DNA of 64,000 nt from Macrostomum lignano (taxonomy: Eukaryota), in contig NIVC01001450.1 of the NCBI GenBank assembly GCA_002269645.1, positions 223,257 to 287,256 of the forward strand, read 5' to 3'. The notes below the pieces were generated by a model. It worked only from the letters and a program-made list of their open reading frames with translations. It made no database searches and was not told the DNA's origin. Every line of letters begins with the position of its first letter. The first letter of the stretch is position 1. Shown in pieces: positions 1-12,806 of this stretch. A program made the translations under genes and the position numbers.

Positions 1-110
1 CTTCTCCTCTCCTCTCTCATCTTCTTCTCCTCTCCTCTCTCATCTTCTTCTCCTCTCCTCTCTCATCTTCTTCTCCTCTCCTCTCTCATCTTCTTCTCCT
101 CTCCTCTCTC
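1..110. repeat. ~23-bp pyrimidine-rich tandem repeat, truncated by the window edge
   Basis: The unit CTTCTCCTCTCCTCTCTCATCTT repeats about 4-5 times. Confidence 0.85.
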
Positions 111-589
111 CTGTCATCTTTTTCTCATGTACAAAAACGATTTTGTTTAATAAGCATTTATTCCTTCGTGCATTATTCAAATTGGCCGATGCTTTCTTTG
201 ACAGCCGTGTGAATGAGCCTTTAGCCTTCTAAAAAACTTGAGCACCAAAACAGAACTAAACAGTGCATTGTGCAACCTCAGAGCCGATAAAAGATTAGCC
301 AAAAATCAATTATTAAAACCGAAAATAGTTGAGTAACCGAAGACCCTGGAGTTATAAATTATTCAGCATGACATCGATTAGCTGGCTGGGTGTGAGCCTG
401 GAATTTGAATAAAAGATTATAACAATATAAAACAGTGAAGATTTATATAATACAAAAATGTAAAATCATGCAGGAATTTACACTTTCTCTAATCACTTTA
501 TCAGACAAAACGGCTGGCATATGGACATGTCACTACGAGCTAAATCGTATTATAAGCTACTGAAAGTAATAATAGTTGATAACACCTGC

Positions 590-828
590 CCTAATAGGAA
601 ATTGTGCAACCGACAGCTCAGCCGCAGCTATCCGCGGCGCATCTGAAGGCTGCGTACGGCTGTTCAGTCCAAGGACTGGGGGGTCGCCACACACAGCCTC
701 AATTACCCCAGCTAATGCTGGCACCCATTTTACAGCTGGGTGAACTGAAGCAATGCAGAGTGGAATCGGGAATCGAACCCGCGACCTTCAAGTCGTGAGG
801 CTGACGCTCTGACCACTAGGCTAGTAGT
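590..828 (-). mobile_element. tRNA-derived CORE-like SINE (family 1), internally deleted copy
   Basis: Reverse complement of the copies at 1405, 8460 and 25595. It keeps the B-box (GGTTCGATTCC) and the body ACCCAGCTGTAAAATGGGTGCCAGC. Confidence 0.7.
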
Positions 829-974
829 ACTTTTCTAGATCAAAAGGCTACTTGAAAGCTTTGGCAATAATTATCAGAACAAGAAGCCGAGTGAGCAATG
901 AAATAATCAATATTTATAAATTCCGCAATATAAATCATCTCCGAATTCCAAGTTGCAGAACAAGCAAGCTCCAG

Positions 975-3900
975 TCACACCAGCACCCAGTCAGACAGCA
1001 GGCCGTCCTCACCAGCGCTGGCTCCGCTGATGCCGCGCGGCAGCAGCTCGGCCGCATCGGCCAGGGCCAGCGAGACCACCGCAAAGGCGGCCACACAGCG
1101 GTCCATCTCGGCCGGGTCCTGCACGGTCATCATGTCGCCTTCGCTATGGTGAAAGTAAAAATAAAAATCATCCGGCTGGCCGGCCCGTTTCGTCAGCAGG
1201 TCGCCAACTGGGACGCCGGACTTTGCCCACACCGTGATGTCGGGTCCGTCTGTCGAAGGCACCAGGGTGGTGGCGCCGATGGGTTCAAGGAGGTTCAGCA
1301 CCTGCTGATAGGCCGATCGGGTGGCCTCGGATCCCGAGCAGGTGGTGCCGATGGGCCTGAATGTGGAATTAAAAATTTTAAGCATGTTTAGTAAAGTTTA
1401 AAGTAAGCCCAGTGGTCAGAGCGTCGGACTCATGACTTGAAGGTCGCGGGTTCGATTCCCAATCTAAACTAGAACAATTTGTGTCCTTTGAGCAAGACAC
1501 TTAACTCTCTGCAAATGGGTGCCAGCATTAGCTGGGGTAATTGAGGGTGTGTGGCGACCCCCCCCCCACAGTCCTTGGACTGAACAGCCGTTACGCAGCC
1601 TCCAGATGCACCGAACAAATAGCTGCGGCTGAGCTGTCGGTTGCACATCTGGCCCATTAGGGCAGGTGTAATCAATTATTTTTTCAATTGCCTTAATTGA
1701 GGGTTTTAAGGGCGACATTAGCTAAAGATATGCGGGCCGCAAAAAGTGCATAAAAGGTGTGCAATAAAAATAAAACTCAGATCAAGAAGCAACTGCAGTC
1801 CAAATAGCCGCACACGCACCCAAAAGTGCCGCTGTCCGATTCCAGCATAAAGGAGATTTTATCAGCCAGTTCGGCCTTGTGCCGCTCATAGTAGGCATTG
1901 CCGCCCAGAATGCCGAATTCCTCACCGGAGAACAGCACCAACCGGATGGTGCGCCTGGGCCGCAGCCCCATCTCCAGCAGGGTGCGCACCGACTGCATGG
2001 CGCAGAAGGCGCCGCCGCCATCGTCCATGGCGCCCTGCGAATTGAAAAACAAATTAATAATCAATTAGCAAAGCAGCACAACTTTGTGGCTGATTAGGAT
2101 TCATTCAAATTCATTTGGGGCTTGTGTGCATGAAAATTGGCTCTTAGATTGTCGTGCCCTGACGGCCAAACCCCAAGACCTAGAGAATGTACATGTCTAA
2201 CGCTGTGCACCCTGTGTGAGTCAGTGGTTTGAGCGTCGGACTGAAAGGTCGGGGGTTCGATTTGTGTCCTTTAGGCAAGACGCTTAACTCTCTGCATTCA
2301 TGCTTCAGTTCACCCAGCTGTAAAAATGGGTGCCAGCATTAGCTGGGGTAATTGAGGCTGTGTGTGGCGACCCCCCACCCCCAGTCCTTGGCCTGAACAG
2401 CCGTACGCAGCCTTCAGATGCCGCCACACAATAGCCATTAGGGCAGGTGTAATCTATAATTATCAATTATTATTACAATGCAGTGCTCAGGGTCAACTTC
2501 GCCGAAGGCATTTTTTGTACTCAGACCAAACAGACCAGGATAACAGCAAACTCAACCTGGGCTTACTCTGGGACTGCTCAAGAAGATCGGGACTCTACTA
2601 TGGTTCTTGGGAAATCTTGATTTTTACAGGAAAAATGCCATTTCTTTTGGTAAGGCAGAACCAGTGTTCATCTTTTGATTTGCTGTGCCTTTCTTACAGC
2701 TCTATCGACATTCAAGAAGCTTTTTGTTCAGAAAATTGGGATTCTATGTTAATTTTATTTTCTGCACCTTAAAATCATAAAAATGCATGGCACAACCTAA
2801 CTAACTGGTTTTATGAATCCATTTCATCATTCTTAGCTGACTATGTAACAGAGATGATTTCTCGCTACAGGAACGAATGTACATTACATAGAATAAAGAA
2901 TTAACATAGAATTCTAATTTTCTAAACAAAAAGCTTTATGAATATCGATAGAGCAATAAGAAAGGCAGAACATTATAAGAAAGAAATAATAATAAGAAAT
3001 AATAAGAAAGGCTCAAAGGAACTCAAAACAATAAAAATTGTGTACAAAACCAACCGTACCTGTCCGACATCCCAAGAGTCGATGTGGCCGCAGACCACAA
3101 CCAGCTCCTGCGGCTTCTCGCTACCTTCCAAGTCGGCAACGATATTGCGCGACTCCTGAACGCCTGCGGAGCCGCAGGACATGCGCAGCCGGACGCGAAC
3201 TTTGTCGCCCCGTCTGGAAAATAGTAGATAGAAAATCTGGCCATTCCGCAGACTCCTGTGCACACAGTACTGTACGCAGGCACGGCACTCATGCACACGC
3301 TCACCCAGGATGTACTCGTACATTGGTCCACGCACAGTGGCACACGAGCTCCAAGCTAATGTGGCCGCCCACAGAATGAACCAGGGCTCGTAGCGCGAGA
3401 GTCAGACGCGTTTACCGCTAAGCTGCTCTGCCATCTGACAGACAGACTCAGACAGGCTCAGACAGACTCAGACAGACTCAGACACACTCAGAAACACTCA
3501 GACAGACTCAGACAGACTCAGACACACTCAGACAGAATCAGACAGACTCAGACAGACGCAGACAGACTCAGACAGACTCAGACAGACTCAGACAGACTCA
3601 GACAGACTCAGACAGACTCAGACACACTCAGACAGACTCAGACAGACTCAGACACACTCAGAAAGACTCAGATAGACCCAGACAGACTCAGACAGACTCA
3701 GACAGACTCAGACAGACTCAGACAGACTCAGACAGACTCAGACAGACTCAGACAGACTCAGACAGACTCAGACAGGCTCAGACAGGCTCAGACAGACTCA
3801 GACGGGCTCAGACACACTCAGACAGACTCAGACAGACTCAGACAGACTCAGACAGACTCAGACAGACTCAGACAGACTCAGACAGACTCAGACAGACTCA

Positions 3901-6900
3901 GACAGGCTCAGACAGGCTCAGACAGACTCAGACGGGCTCAGACACACTCAGACAGACTCAGACAGACTCAGACAGGCTCAGACAGGCTCAGACACACTCA
4001 GAAACACTCAGACAGACTCAGACAGACTCAGACAGACTCAGACAGACTCAGACAGACTCAGACAGACTCAGACAGACTCAGACAGACTCAGACAGACTCA
4101 GACAGGCTCAGACAGGCTCAGACACACTCAGAAACACTCAGACAGACTCAGACAGACTCAGACACACTCAGACAGACTCAGACAGGCTCAGACAGACTCA
4201 GACAGACTCAGACAGACTCAGATAGACCCAGACAGACTCAGACACACTCAGACAGGCTCAAACAGACTCAGATAGACCCAGACAGACACAGACAGGCTCA
4301 GACAGACTCAGACGGGCTCAGACACACTCAGACAGACTCAGACAGACTCAGACAGACTCAGACAGACTCAGACAGACTCAGACAGACTCAGACAGGCTCA
4401 GACAGGCTCAGACAGGCTCAGACACACTCAGAAACACTCAGACAGACTCAGACAGACTCAGACACACTCAGACAGACTCAGACAGGCTCAGACAGACTCA
4501 GACAGACTCAGACAGACTCAGACAGACTCAGACAGACTCAGACAGACTCAGATAGACCCAGACAGGCTCAGACACACTCAGAAACACTCAGACAGACTCA
4601 GACAGACTCAGACACACTCAGACAGACTCAGACAGGCTCAGACAGCCTCAGACACACTCAGACAGGCTCAAACAGACTCAGATAGACCCAGACAGACACA
4701 GACAGGCTCAGACAGACTCAGACAGGCTCAGACACACTCAGACAGACTCAGACCGACTCAGACAGACTCAGACAGACTCAGACAGGCTCAGACACACTCA
4801 GACAGACTCAGACAGACTCAGATAGACCCAGACAGACTCAGACAGACTCAGACAGACTCAGACAGACTCAGACAGACTCAGACAGACTCAGATAGACCCA
4901 GACAGACTCAGACAGACTCAGACAGACTCAGACAGACTCAGACAGACTCAGACAGACTCAGGCAGACTCAGACAGACTCAGACAGACTCAGGCAGACTCA
5001 GACAGACTCAGAGACTCAGGCAGACTCAGACAGACTCAGACAGACTCAGACAGACTCAGACAGACTCAGACAGACTCAGACAGACTCAGACAGACTCAGA
5101 TAGACTCAGACAGACTCAGACAGACTCAGGCAGACTCAGACAGACTCAGAGACTTAGGCAGACTCAGACAGACTCAGACAGACTCAGACAGACTCAGACA
5201 GACTCAGACAGACTCAGAAAGGCTCAGACGGACTCAGACAGACTCAGACAGACTCAGACAGACTCAGACAGACTCAGACAGACTCAGATAGACCCAGACA
5301 GACTCAGACAGACTCAGACAGACTCAGACAGACTCAGATAGACTCAGTTGACCCAGACAGACTCAGACAGACTCAGACAGACTCAGATAGACCCAGACAG
5401 ACTCAGACAGACTCAGACAGGCTCAGACAGACTCAGACAGACTCAGACAGACTCAGACAGACTCAGACAGACTCAGATAGACTCAGATAGACCCAGACAG
5501 ACTCAGACAGACTCAGACAGACTCAGACAGACTCAGATAGACCCAGACAGACTCAGACAGACTCAGACAGACTCAGACAGACTCAGACAGACTCAGACAG
5601 ACTCAGACAGACCCAGACAGACTCAGACAGACTCAGACAGACTCAGACAGACTCAGACAGACTCAGATAGACTCAGACAGACTCAGACAGACTCAGACAG
5701 ACTCAGATAGACCCAGACAGACAGACTCAGACAGACTCAGACGGACTCAGACAGACTCAGACAGACTCAGACAGACTCAGACAGACTCAGACAGACTCAG
5801 ACAGACTCAGACAGACTCAGACAGACTCAGACAGACTCAGACAGACTCAGACAGGCTCAGACAGACTCAGAAAGACTCAGACAGACTCAGACAGACTCAG
5901 ACAGACTCAGACAGACTCAGACAGACTCAGACAGACCCAGACAGACAGACCGACTCAGACCGACTCAGACAGACTCAGATAGACCCAGACAGACTCAGAC
6001 AGACTCAGACAGACTCAGACAGACTCAGACAGACTCAGACAGACTCAGATAGACCCAGACAGACAGACTCAGACAGACTCAGAAAGGCTCAGACGGACTC
6101 AGACAGACTCAGACAGACTCAGATAGACCCAGACAGACTCAGACAGACTCAGACAGACTCAGACAGACTCAGACAGACTCAGACAGACTCAGATAGACCC
6201 AGACAGACTCAGACAGACTCAGACAGACTCAGATAGACCCAGACAGACTCAGACAGACTCAGACAGACTCAGACAGACTCAGACAGACTCAGACAGACTC
6301 AGACAGACTCAGACAGACTCAGACAGACTCAGATAGACCCAGACAGACTCAGACAGACTCAGACAGACTCAGATAGACCCAGAAAGACTCAGACAGACTC
6401 AGACAGACTCAGACAGACTCAGACAGACTCAGACAGACTCAGACAGACTCAGATAGACCCAAACAGACTCAGACAGACTCAGACAGACTCAGACAGACTC
6501 AGATAGACCCAGACAGACAGACTCAGACAGACTCAGACAGACTCAGACAGACTCAGACAGACTCAGACAGACTCAGACAGACTCAGATAGACCCAGACAG
6601 ACAGACTCAGACAGACTCAGAAAGGCTCAGACGGACTCAGACAGACTCAGACAGACTCAGACAGACTCAGACAGACTCAGACAGACTCAGACAGACTCAG
6701 ATAGACCTAGACAGACAGACTCAGACAGACTCAGAAAGGCTCAGACGGACTCAGACAGACTCAGACAGACTCAGACAGACTCAGACAGACTCAGACAGAC
6801 CCAGACAGACAGACCGACTCAGAAAGGCTCAGACGGACTCAGACAGACTCAGACAGACTCAGACAGACTCAGACAGACTCAGACAGACTCAGATAGACCC

Positions 6901-7835
6901 AGACAGACTCAGACAGACTCAGACAGACTCAGATAGACCCAGAAAGACTCAGACAGACTCAGACAGACTCAGACAGACTCAGACAGACTCAGACAGACTC
7001 AGACAGACTCAGATAGACCCAGACAGACTCAGACAGACTCAGACAGACTCAGACAGACTCAGATAGACCCAGACAGACAGACTCAGACAGACTCAGACAG
7101 ACTCAGACAGACTCAGACAGACTCAGACAGACTCAGACAGACTCAGATAGACCCAGACAGACAGACTCAGACAGACTCAGAAAGGCTCAGACGGACTCAG
7201 ACAGACTCAGACGGACTCAGACAGACTCAGACAGACTCAGACAGACTCAGACAGACTCAGACAGACTCAGATAGACCTAGACAGACAGACTCAGACAGAC
7301 TCAGAAAGGCTCAGACGGACTCAGACAGACTCAGACAGACTCAGACAGACTCAGACAGACTCAGACAGACTCAGACAGACCCAGACAGACAGACCGACTC
7401 AGAAAGGCTCAGACGGACTCAGACAGACTCAGACAGACTCAGACAGACTCAGACAGACCCAGACAGACTCAGACAGACTCAGAAACACTCAGACAGACTC
7501 AGATAGACCCAGACAGACTCAGACAGACTCAGACAGACTCAGATAGACCCAGACAGACTCAGACAGACTCAGACAGACTCAGACAGACTCAGACAGACTC
7601 AGACAGACTCAGACAGACTCAGACAGACTCAGACAGACTCAGACAGACTCAGACAGACTCAGACAGACTCAGACAGACTCAGACAGACTCAGACAGACTC
7701 AGACAGACTCAGACAGGCTCAGACACACTCAGACAGACTCAGACAGACTCAGACAGACTCAGATAGACCCAGACAGACAGACCGACTCAGAAAGGCTCAG
7801 ACGGACTCAGACAGACGACAGAATCAGACAGACTC

Positions 7836-7868
<33 letters not shown>

Positions 7869-9088
7869 GCCAGACAGACAGTCTGTCGGGAAGCAAAGGT
7901 GGCACTGCCACTCACTTGTAGATGCGGTGCATCAGCTCGGCGTCTTCAACGGTGATGCAGCAGGCGGGAATCTGGACAGGCAGGCCGGGCTCGTACTCCT
8001 GCATGCCGGTGTGCGGCGAGCCAATGGAAAACGGCGTCACGGAGCGAATGAGGGCGGCTACGGCGCCGTACTTGGAAGCGCGACTGGCGCCGTCTGTTCT
8101 GTACTGGACAGACACGCCGTAGCCCTTGTACAGCTGGTTGTACACGACTATCTTGCCGGATATGCCAGCTTTGCCCAGCCTGTCCAGCTCGTTGAAGCTC
8201 TCCACGACAACGCAGTCGGCCTCGATGCTGCCATCGGCGCTGTCAGAAGCCGCGGCGGTGCCAACCGAGGAGCCGAGGCTGAGCATGGGCAGCCGCTTGC
8301 TCAGCGGAGCCACGAGCTCGGCAGATTCGGCACCTCGCTGCCAGCCTTCGAAGCTGAATGACTCGGTGTGCACCTGGGGAGAGCGGGGCAAGTCTCAGTT
8401 TTATCTGAGATTTGAGACTTCGAGCTAGGGTCTATGTTGACATTGATGTTGGTATGTTGGGGGTTGTGGCCTAGTGGTCAAAGCGTCGGACTTCTGACTT
8501 AAAGGTCGGGGGTTCGATTCTCGACTCACTACTCGGAACATTCTGTGTCCTTGGGCAAGACACTTAACTCTCTGCATTCATGCTTCAGTTCACCCAGCTG
8601 TAAAATGGGTGCCAGCATTAGCTGGGATAATCGAGGGTGTGTGTGTGGCGACCCCCCAGTCCTTGGACTGAACAGCCGTATGTAGCCTTCAGCTGCAGCT
8701 GAGCTGTCAGTTGCACATTTGCCCATTAGGGCAGGTGTAATTAATTATTATTATGGCATCCCGAGACACGAATCTTGACCCTGGATGCTGTTTAAGTCAA
8801 GTTCCATATTTTCTGTAATTATCATCACATTATGCCAAAAGGCATTAAAAAACCCCAGTTAACAAATCGACAAACCTTCAAGCTCCCAAGAGACTCCAGT
8901 TCTGACACAAGATGGCTGATGGCATCTTCTAACCGTTGGGTGCCCACTTTTCTAGAGCCAAAGCGGTCAACAAAAGTGGCCAGGTTTTTATAAGCCTTGC
9001 CAGAGCCGTCACCTTTGGTCACATAGTCAATTATCTGACTGTAGACTGGATCTAAATTTTGCTTAGTTGACTGATAGCCACCATACAT
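975..9088 (-). CDS. CPQ: Carboxypeptidase Q / plasma glutamate carboxypeptidase (M28 family), 5 exons, ~473 aa
   Basis: Exons complement(8876-9088, 7916-8373, 3060-3213, 1820-2034, 975-1356). All introns are GT-AG with compatible phases (0,2,0,2). Zn-ligand motifs GHIDSWDVGQGAMDDGGG, SGEEFG, ESDSG and FHHSEGD are present, with a PA-like insert (GKIVVYNQ...YGVSVQYR). An AG acceptor at 9100-9101 suggests a further upstream exon. Confidence 0.92.
1405..1680 (+). mobile_element. tRNA-derived CORE-like SINE (family 1) in the last CPQ intron
   Basis: A-box/B-box head (CAGTGGTCAGAGCG...GGTTCGATTCC), then TGTGTCCTTTGAGCAAGACACTTAACTCTCTG, then the shared 3' body and an ATT-type tail. Confidence 0.75.
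2221..2475 (+). mobile_element. tRNA-derived CORE-like SINE (family 1), preceded by a short family-2 fragment at ~2160-2220
   Basis: Same head, CORE-like block and 3' body as the other copies, with a TTATTATTA tail. Confidence 0.7.
2640..2995. mobile_element. Decayed copy of the CAAGG hAT-type MITE family (compare 13667-14364)
   Basis: Shares the blocks CCAGTGTTCATCTTTTGAT, GCTCTATCGA and GGGATTCTATGTTAATTT, and their inverted counterparts at ~2900-2980. Termini are lost. Confidence 0.6.
3255..3425 (-). mobile_element. tRNA-derived SINE (family 2), partial
   Basis: On the minus strand, a tRNA-like head (AGCTTAGCGGTAAACGCG...CCTGGTTCATTC) plus a body block CACTCATGCACACGCTCAC shared with the copy at 22540-22760. 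Confidence 0.55.
3435..7880. repeat. ~4.4-kb satellite of the 10-bp unit CAGACAGACT filling most of CPQ intron 2
   Basis: About 440 units, with recurring variants (CAGACAGGCT, CAGACACACT, CAGATAGACC, CAGAAAGGCT-CAGACGGACT). It ends in pure (CAGA)n at ~7825-7880. Confidence 0.97.
8460..8752 (+). mobile_element. tRNA-derived CORE-like SINE (family 1), near full length, in CPQ intron 1
   Basis: Head TGGCCTAGTGGTCAAAGCGTCGG...GGTTCGATTC, CORE-like block TGTGTCCTTGGGCAAGACACTTAACTCTCTGC...CTGTAAAATGGG, and an (ATT)n tail. Confidence 0.8.
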
Positions 9089-9361
9089 GATTATAAGCTC
9101 TAAAGGCTATTTATGCAAACTGTAATAGATGTGTAAAATGAACAATTTATAAATAAAAGCACTTATAAAACAGGACTTTCCCTTGCTTTAGGAAGTAAAA
9201 ATGTATCAATGTTCATTGAAACCTTATCAGTTGATAAAATTGAATTTTATTGAAATATATATTAAATCATTTAGAATCAATAAATTATGTATTTTAATGC
9301 TATTTAAATTAATAGTGCTGTTTAATCATTTTATTCCTTATGGATATAACAAAATCCTAGT

Positions 9362-9739
9362 CTAGGTTTTTTGGGCCATACAGGGGTTTTCGGTCCCTTG
9401 AAAATTTCATTGGCAACTGGATTTTTGGTATTCGAGACCAATCTGGCAACTTTATTTCCCCCAATCCAGTTGCCTTTTTAAAAAAAAGGATTTTGTAGGT
9501 GTAATAAAAGTGCCATAAAAATTGGTATAATGGAATTGTTAGTTTGTTATTGTTTGCAGTATAGATAGCAATTTTATAGTTGAGAGAACCAATTTCTGCT
9601 CTTCAAATGTAGCATTGGAAATATCCATCCTTGAGAATTTGGCTAGTTGCCAATGGCAACCAAAAATAGCCATTGGCAATTGAATTTTAAGCCAAAAGGG
9701 CTAGTTGGCAACTGGATTTCCAATCTTAAAAAAACCCAG
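9362..9739. mobile_element. Small non-autonomous DNA transposon, hAT-like
   Basis: 8-bp direct repeat ATCCTAGT at 9354-9361 and 9740-9747. Imperfect 11-bp TIR CTAGGTTTTTT / AAAAAACCCAG. Internal GGCAACTGG motifs occur in both orientations. Confidence 0.55.
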
Positions 9740-10601
9740 ATCCTAGTGCTATGGAAGTCATACTAGATAGTTTGTCAGACAAGTTTGGTCTATTTTCTAT
9801 TTATAATAGCATTAGACTAGGTGCTTAAGACTAGCCTATCTGATTTACATGTGGATGCTAGCAATGGCATCTCACTTAAACCCTGCATGAGTTGGCAATG
9901 TCCAAAGAAATATCTCTGTGCTTAGCCTCAAGATAACCTCTATTTTTATTTTAAAGTTAAAATGCTCAATGATAGCTAGATAGCTTGACAAAAGTGTCAA
10001 AAAGAGCCAACCTCATGCTGAAAATATGTAGAAGACTAAAGTCTTGATTAGATCATGTACCAAGATGCTATTAAGAATAAGACCCTTTTTTCTACAATTG
10101 CATTCTAAACTTATGCATTTCTATATACTTTTATAGATTTATGCTAGAAATTTTCTATAGCATGGGCTAGCTAGGCTGTCTTATACTTAGTGCACTTGCT
10201 AGGGGGCCTATTATGATTTTTTGTGATATAAGGCTCTTAATGATAGGACCAAGGCAGCCACTGCGACTGTTCTACTTTAGTACATTATTTTAAGACTGGC
10301 AGTTTGGGTTGGGCCTAATACCTAAAAATAGCTAGATGTTGCACACTAAAATATCATACCCAGAATTTGGTATGCACTATAGCCTAGGCCTGTCCTATAG
10401 GCAAGATCATGTCAACTATGCGCTAGAACATTTTTTCATTTTTTTCATTTTTCATGCACTACAACTATGCCACTTATGCTATATGTGCCAATGTAATATA
10501 TTAAACTAAAAAAGCTTCTGCATGCCAGAATTCTCTAGGAAAAATAATAGCATCTTGAGTGTGGAGCCTGCCTAAAATGAAATTTTGACCTGCTAGCTAG
10601 T

Positions 10602-12806
10602 TCCACCAGTGAACGAGCCGAGCCCGGCGCCGCTAAAGGCGGCGTCGGGCAAGAGCCAGAGAACCCGAGGCCCCACCAGGGGCCGAGGGCGAGTGAATAA
10701 TTTCTACCCATGGCGGCCGAAGGCCGACATGGGCTAGAAAGTATTTACGAGTAAATAAGTTAGACTCTTATGCATTTTGAAATTTCACGTTTTTTTGCTA
10801 AAAAATGCTCCTGTTTTGCAACCACTGCACCAATTGAGTTGAGTGAGGTGTTGATCGATAGAAAACTTTTAGATCTATCGAATGAATGTACTTTTAAATG
10901 CAGAGATTTTTTAAATGAGCCGTAAATTAACTGGAAAGACGATTTTTTCAAAAGTGCTTCTAGGAGATCTCAAAATTCTGGTACACCTTACCTTACGAGA
11001 TACAGCTTCGACATCTGAGGATCAAAGTTATAAAACTAAATTTCCTACAAAATGGTATATGGCGCTTTGATTTATTTTGGTATCTTTATGTAGTTTTGGT
11101 GGGTTTTTTGGGTAAAAAAATGACCCTCATTTTATTATTTCCCCACTTTTTCCTACGAAGCTTTTTGAGTTTTGGCTTCAAAGCAGTGCATTTGGATGCG
11201 CAATGCAAATATCTACAAGTGTCTAAAGTTTAGTTTTCCTACGCTTCTGCAGTGCTGAGAAAATTGACAAAAATCGATTTTTCAAAAAATCACATGACTT
11301 TCGCATTATTGCTCATTATAATTTTGAGAACATGGTGCGAATAAGCCAATATTGAATTTCTATAGCATAGTTGCTGTACTATATTGGTGTAAATTGCTGC
11401 CGTCTGCTTTCGCTGCTTTCGGATTGAAAAATCGATTAGAAATCGATAATTTGTGATTTTTGGCTGATTGGGTGCCAGAAAAATGGGTGATTAAAATTTT
11501 AAAAGATTTCTAGATCAAATGCGGATACTGCAACGAGTTGTACTAATGTCTGGCTAAAATTTACCAAGTTTTTGAGTGTCTGCAACAAGTGCTCATGTGT
11601 CAAAAGTGATTGGAAATCGATCAGAGTAGTGATTTTTTAATATTTTGCTTGAAATCTGGCAAAAAATGCAATAGGACAGCAATATTTTAATGACGCCTGA
11701 TTTCCCACATAACAGGGCATATTTGTGTGCAATTTCTAGAGATTCGGTTTACTGAGTAAAAAATTATCGATAAAAAACTGAAAACTTGACTTTTTACTTT
11801 TATGTTAGTTCCGGGGCTATTTAAACTGGAAATGGTAGGAATTTCGCATTGAAACCAATGCACAGTGTTCCATATAGTTAATTTAACAAATTTTGTGAAT
11901 TTCATAACCATTCAATGTTTTTTTCATGTAAAAAATGCCTTTTTTGCATCGAAATTCATCACATTAAGCTGCATACCGCTTTGCATAATCTGCATTTGCA
12001 TGTGATTGCTTGCATGGCTTTGGCATTGGGCTGAGTTAAGCTGGTTAGAAAGGAAGGAAAGGAAAGGAAAGGAAGGAATAATTGTACATACAATATACAC
12101 ACCCGTCCCTTCCAAGTGGGGTTGTGGCAACGCGAGAGGGCTTGGCGGCTTGGTTTGGAGGGCGTGTAATAGAGCTTCATTTGACTCGCACACAAACCAA
12201 GGGAAATTAGATCGATAAATGGGCGTCACGTGATTAGAATTTCATATTAAATTTAGCTCTTTAACTGCACATTTGAATTGCAAGCCCAGTACAAAGTTTG
12301 TCGGGCGCAAGATCCAAGTCACTACGTGTACAATCCTCCCCCCGACTAAAAAGTCAGGCGATACGGCTTCTGAAGTAGGTATGTACAGTGTTTTGGAAAG
12401 ACTTTATTTATAGCTTTCTTTGCAAAATATAACCCTGCTACGCTCTGGAGTCATTAGAAATTTTTTTATATCGAGGCCTTCTAAAGCCTATTATAGAAGA
12501 CTCGATTCCAGCTCATGGCTGCGGGTCAGATGAGAGAGAAAGAGAATAGAGAAGAGATAAAACTAAAGAGAAGATAAGAAATAAAACGAGAGCTAGAAGC
12601 GAGAGGAGAGGGGAGACTAGAGAGAGATTAGAGTGGAGAGAAACAGAACAAAGAGAGAAAATGGGAGAAGTAGAGATTTACATTTTTATTGAGCTTCTCA
12701 AAGTTCTTTTTCATCGGTACAAAACTAGGTTTATCAAGTAATATGAAGACCCACGTCTAAAAAGAAGCCCGTTCACTGGTGGCAAAAAGACGTGTGCGTC
12801 TTCATA
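10602..12806. mobile_element. Unclassified ~2.2-kb insertion flanked by a 30-bp direct repeat
   Basis: CTAAAATGAAATTTTGACCTGCTAGCTAGT at 10572-10601 and 12807-12836. Inverted repeat CCACCAGTGAACGAGC (10603-10618) pairs with GCCCGTTCACTGGTGG (12767-12782). Confidence 0.55.

Noticed and set aside
1405-1465. tRNA genes at the A/B-box sequences (also 8460, 15844, 25630)
   Set aside because: They lack a complete cloverleaf and acceptor stem, and each continues into a shared SINE body.
3214-3335. N-terminal extension of ORF 2973-3335 as CPQ coding sequence
   Set aside because: It lies beyond the acceptor at 3214 and overlaps a SINE family-2 copy.
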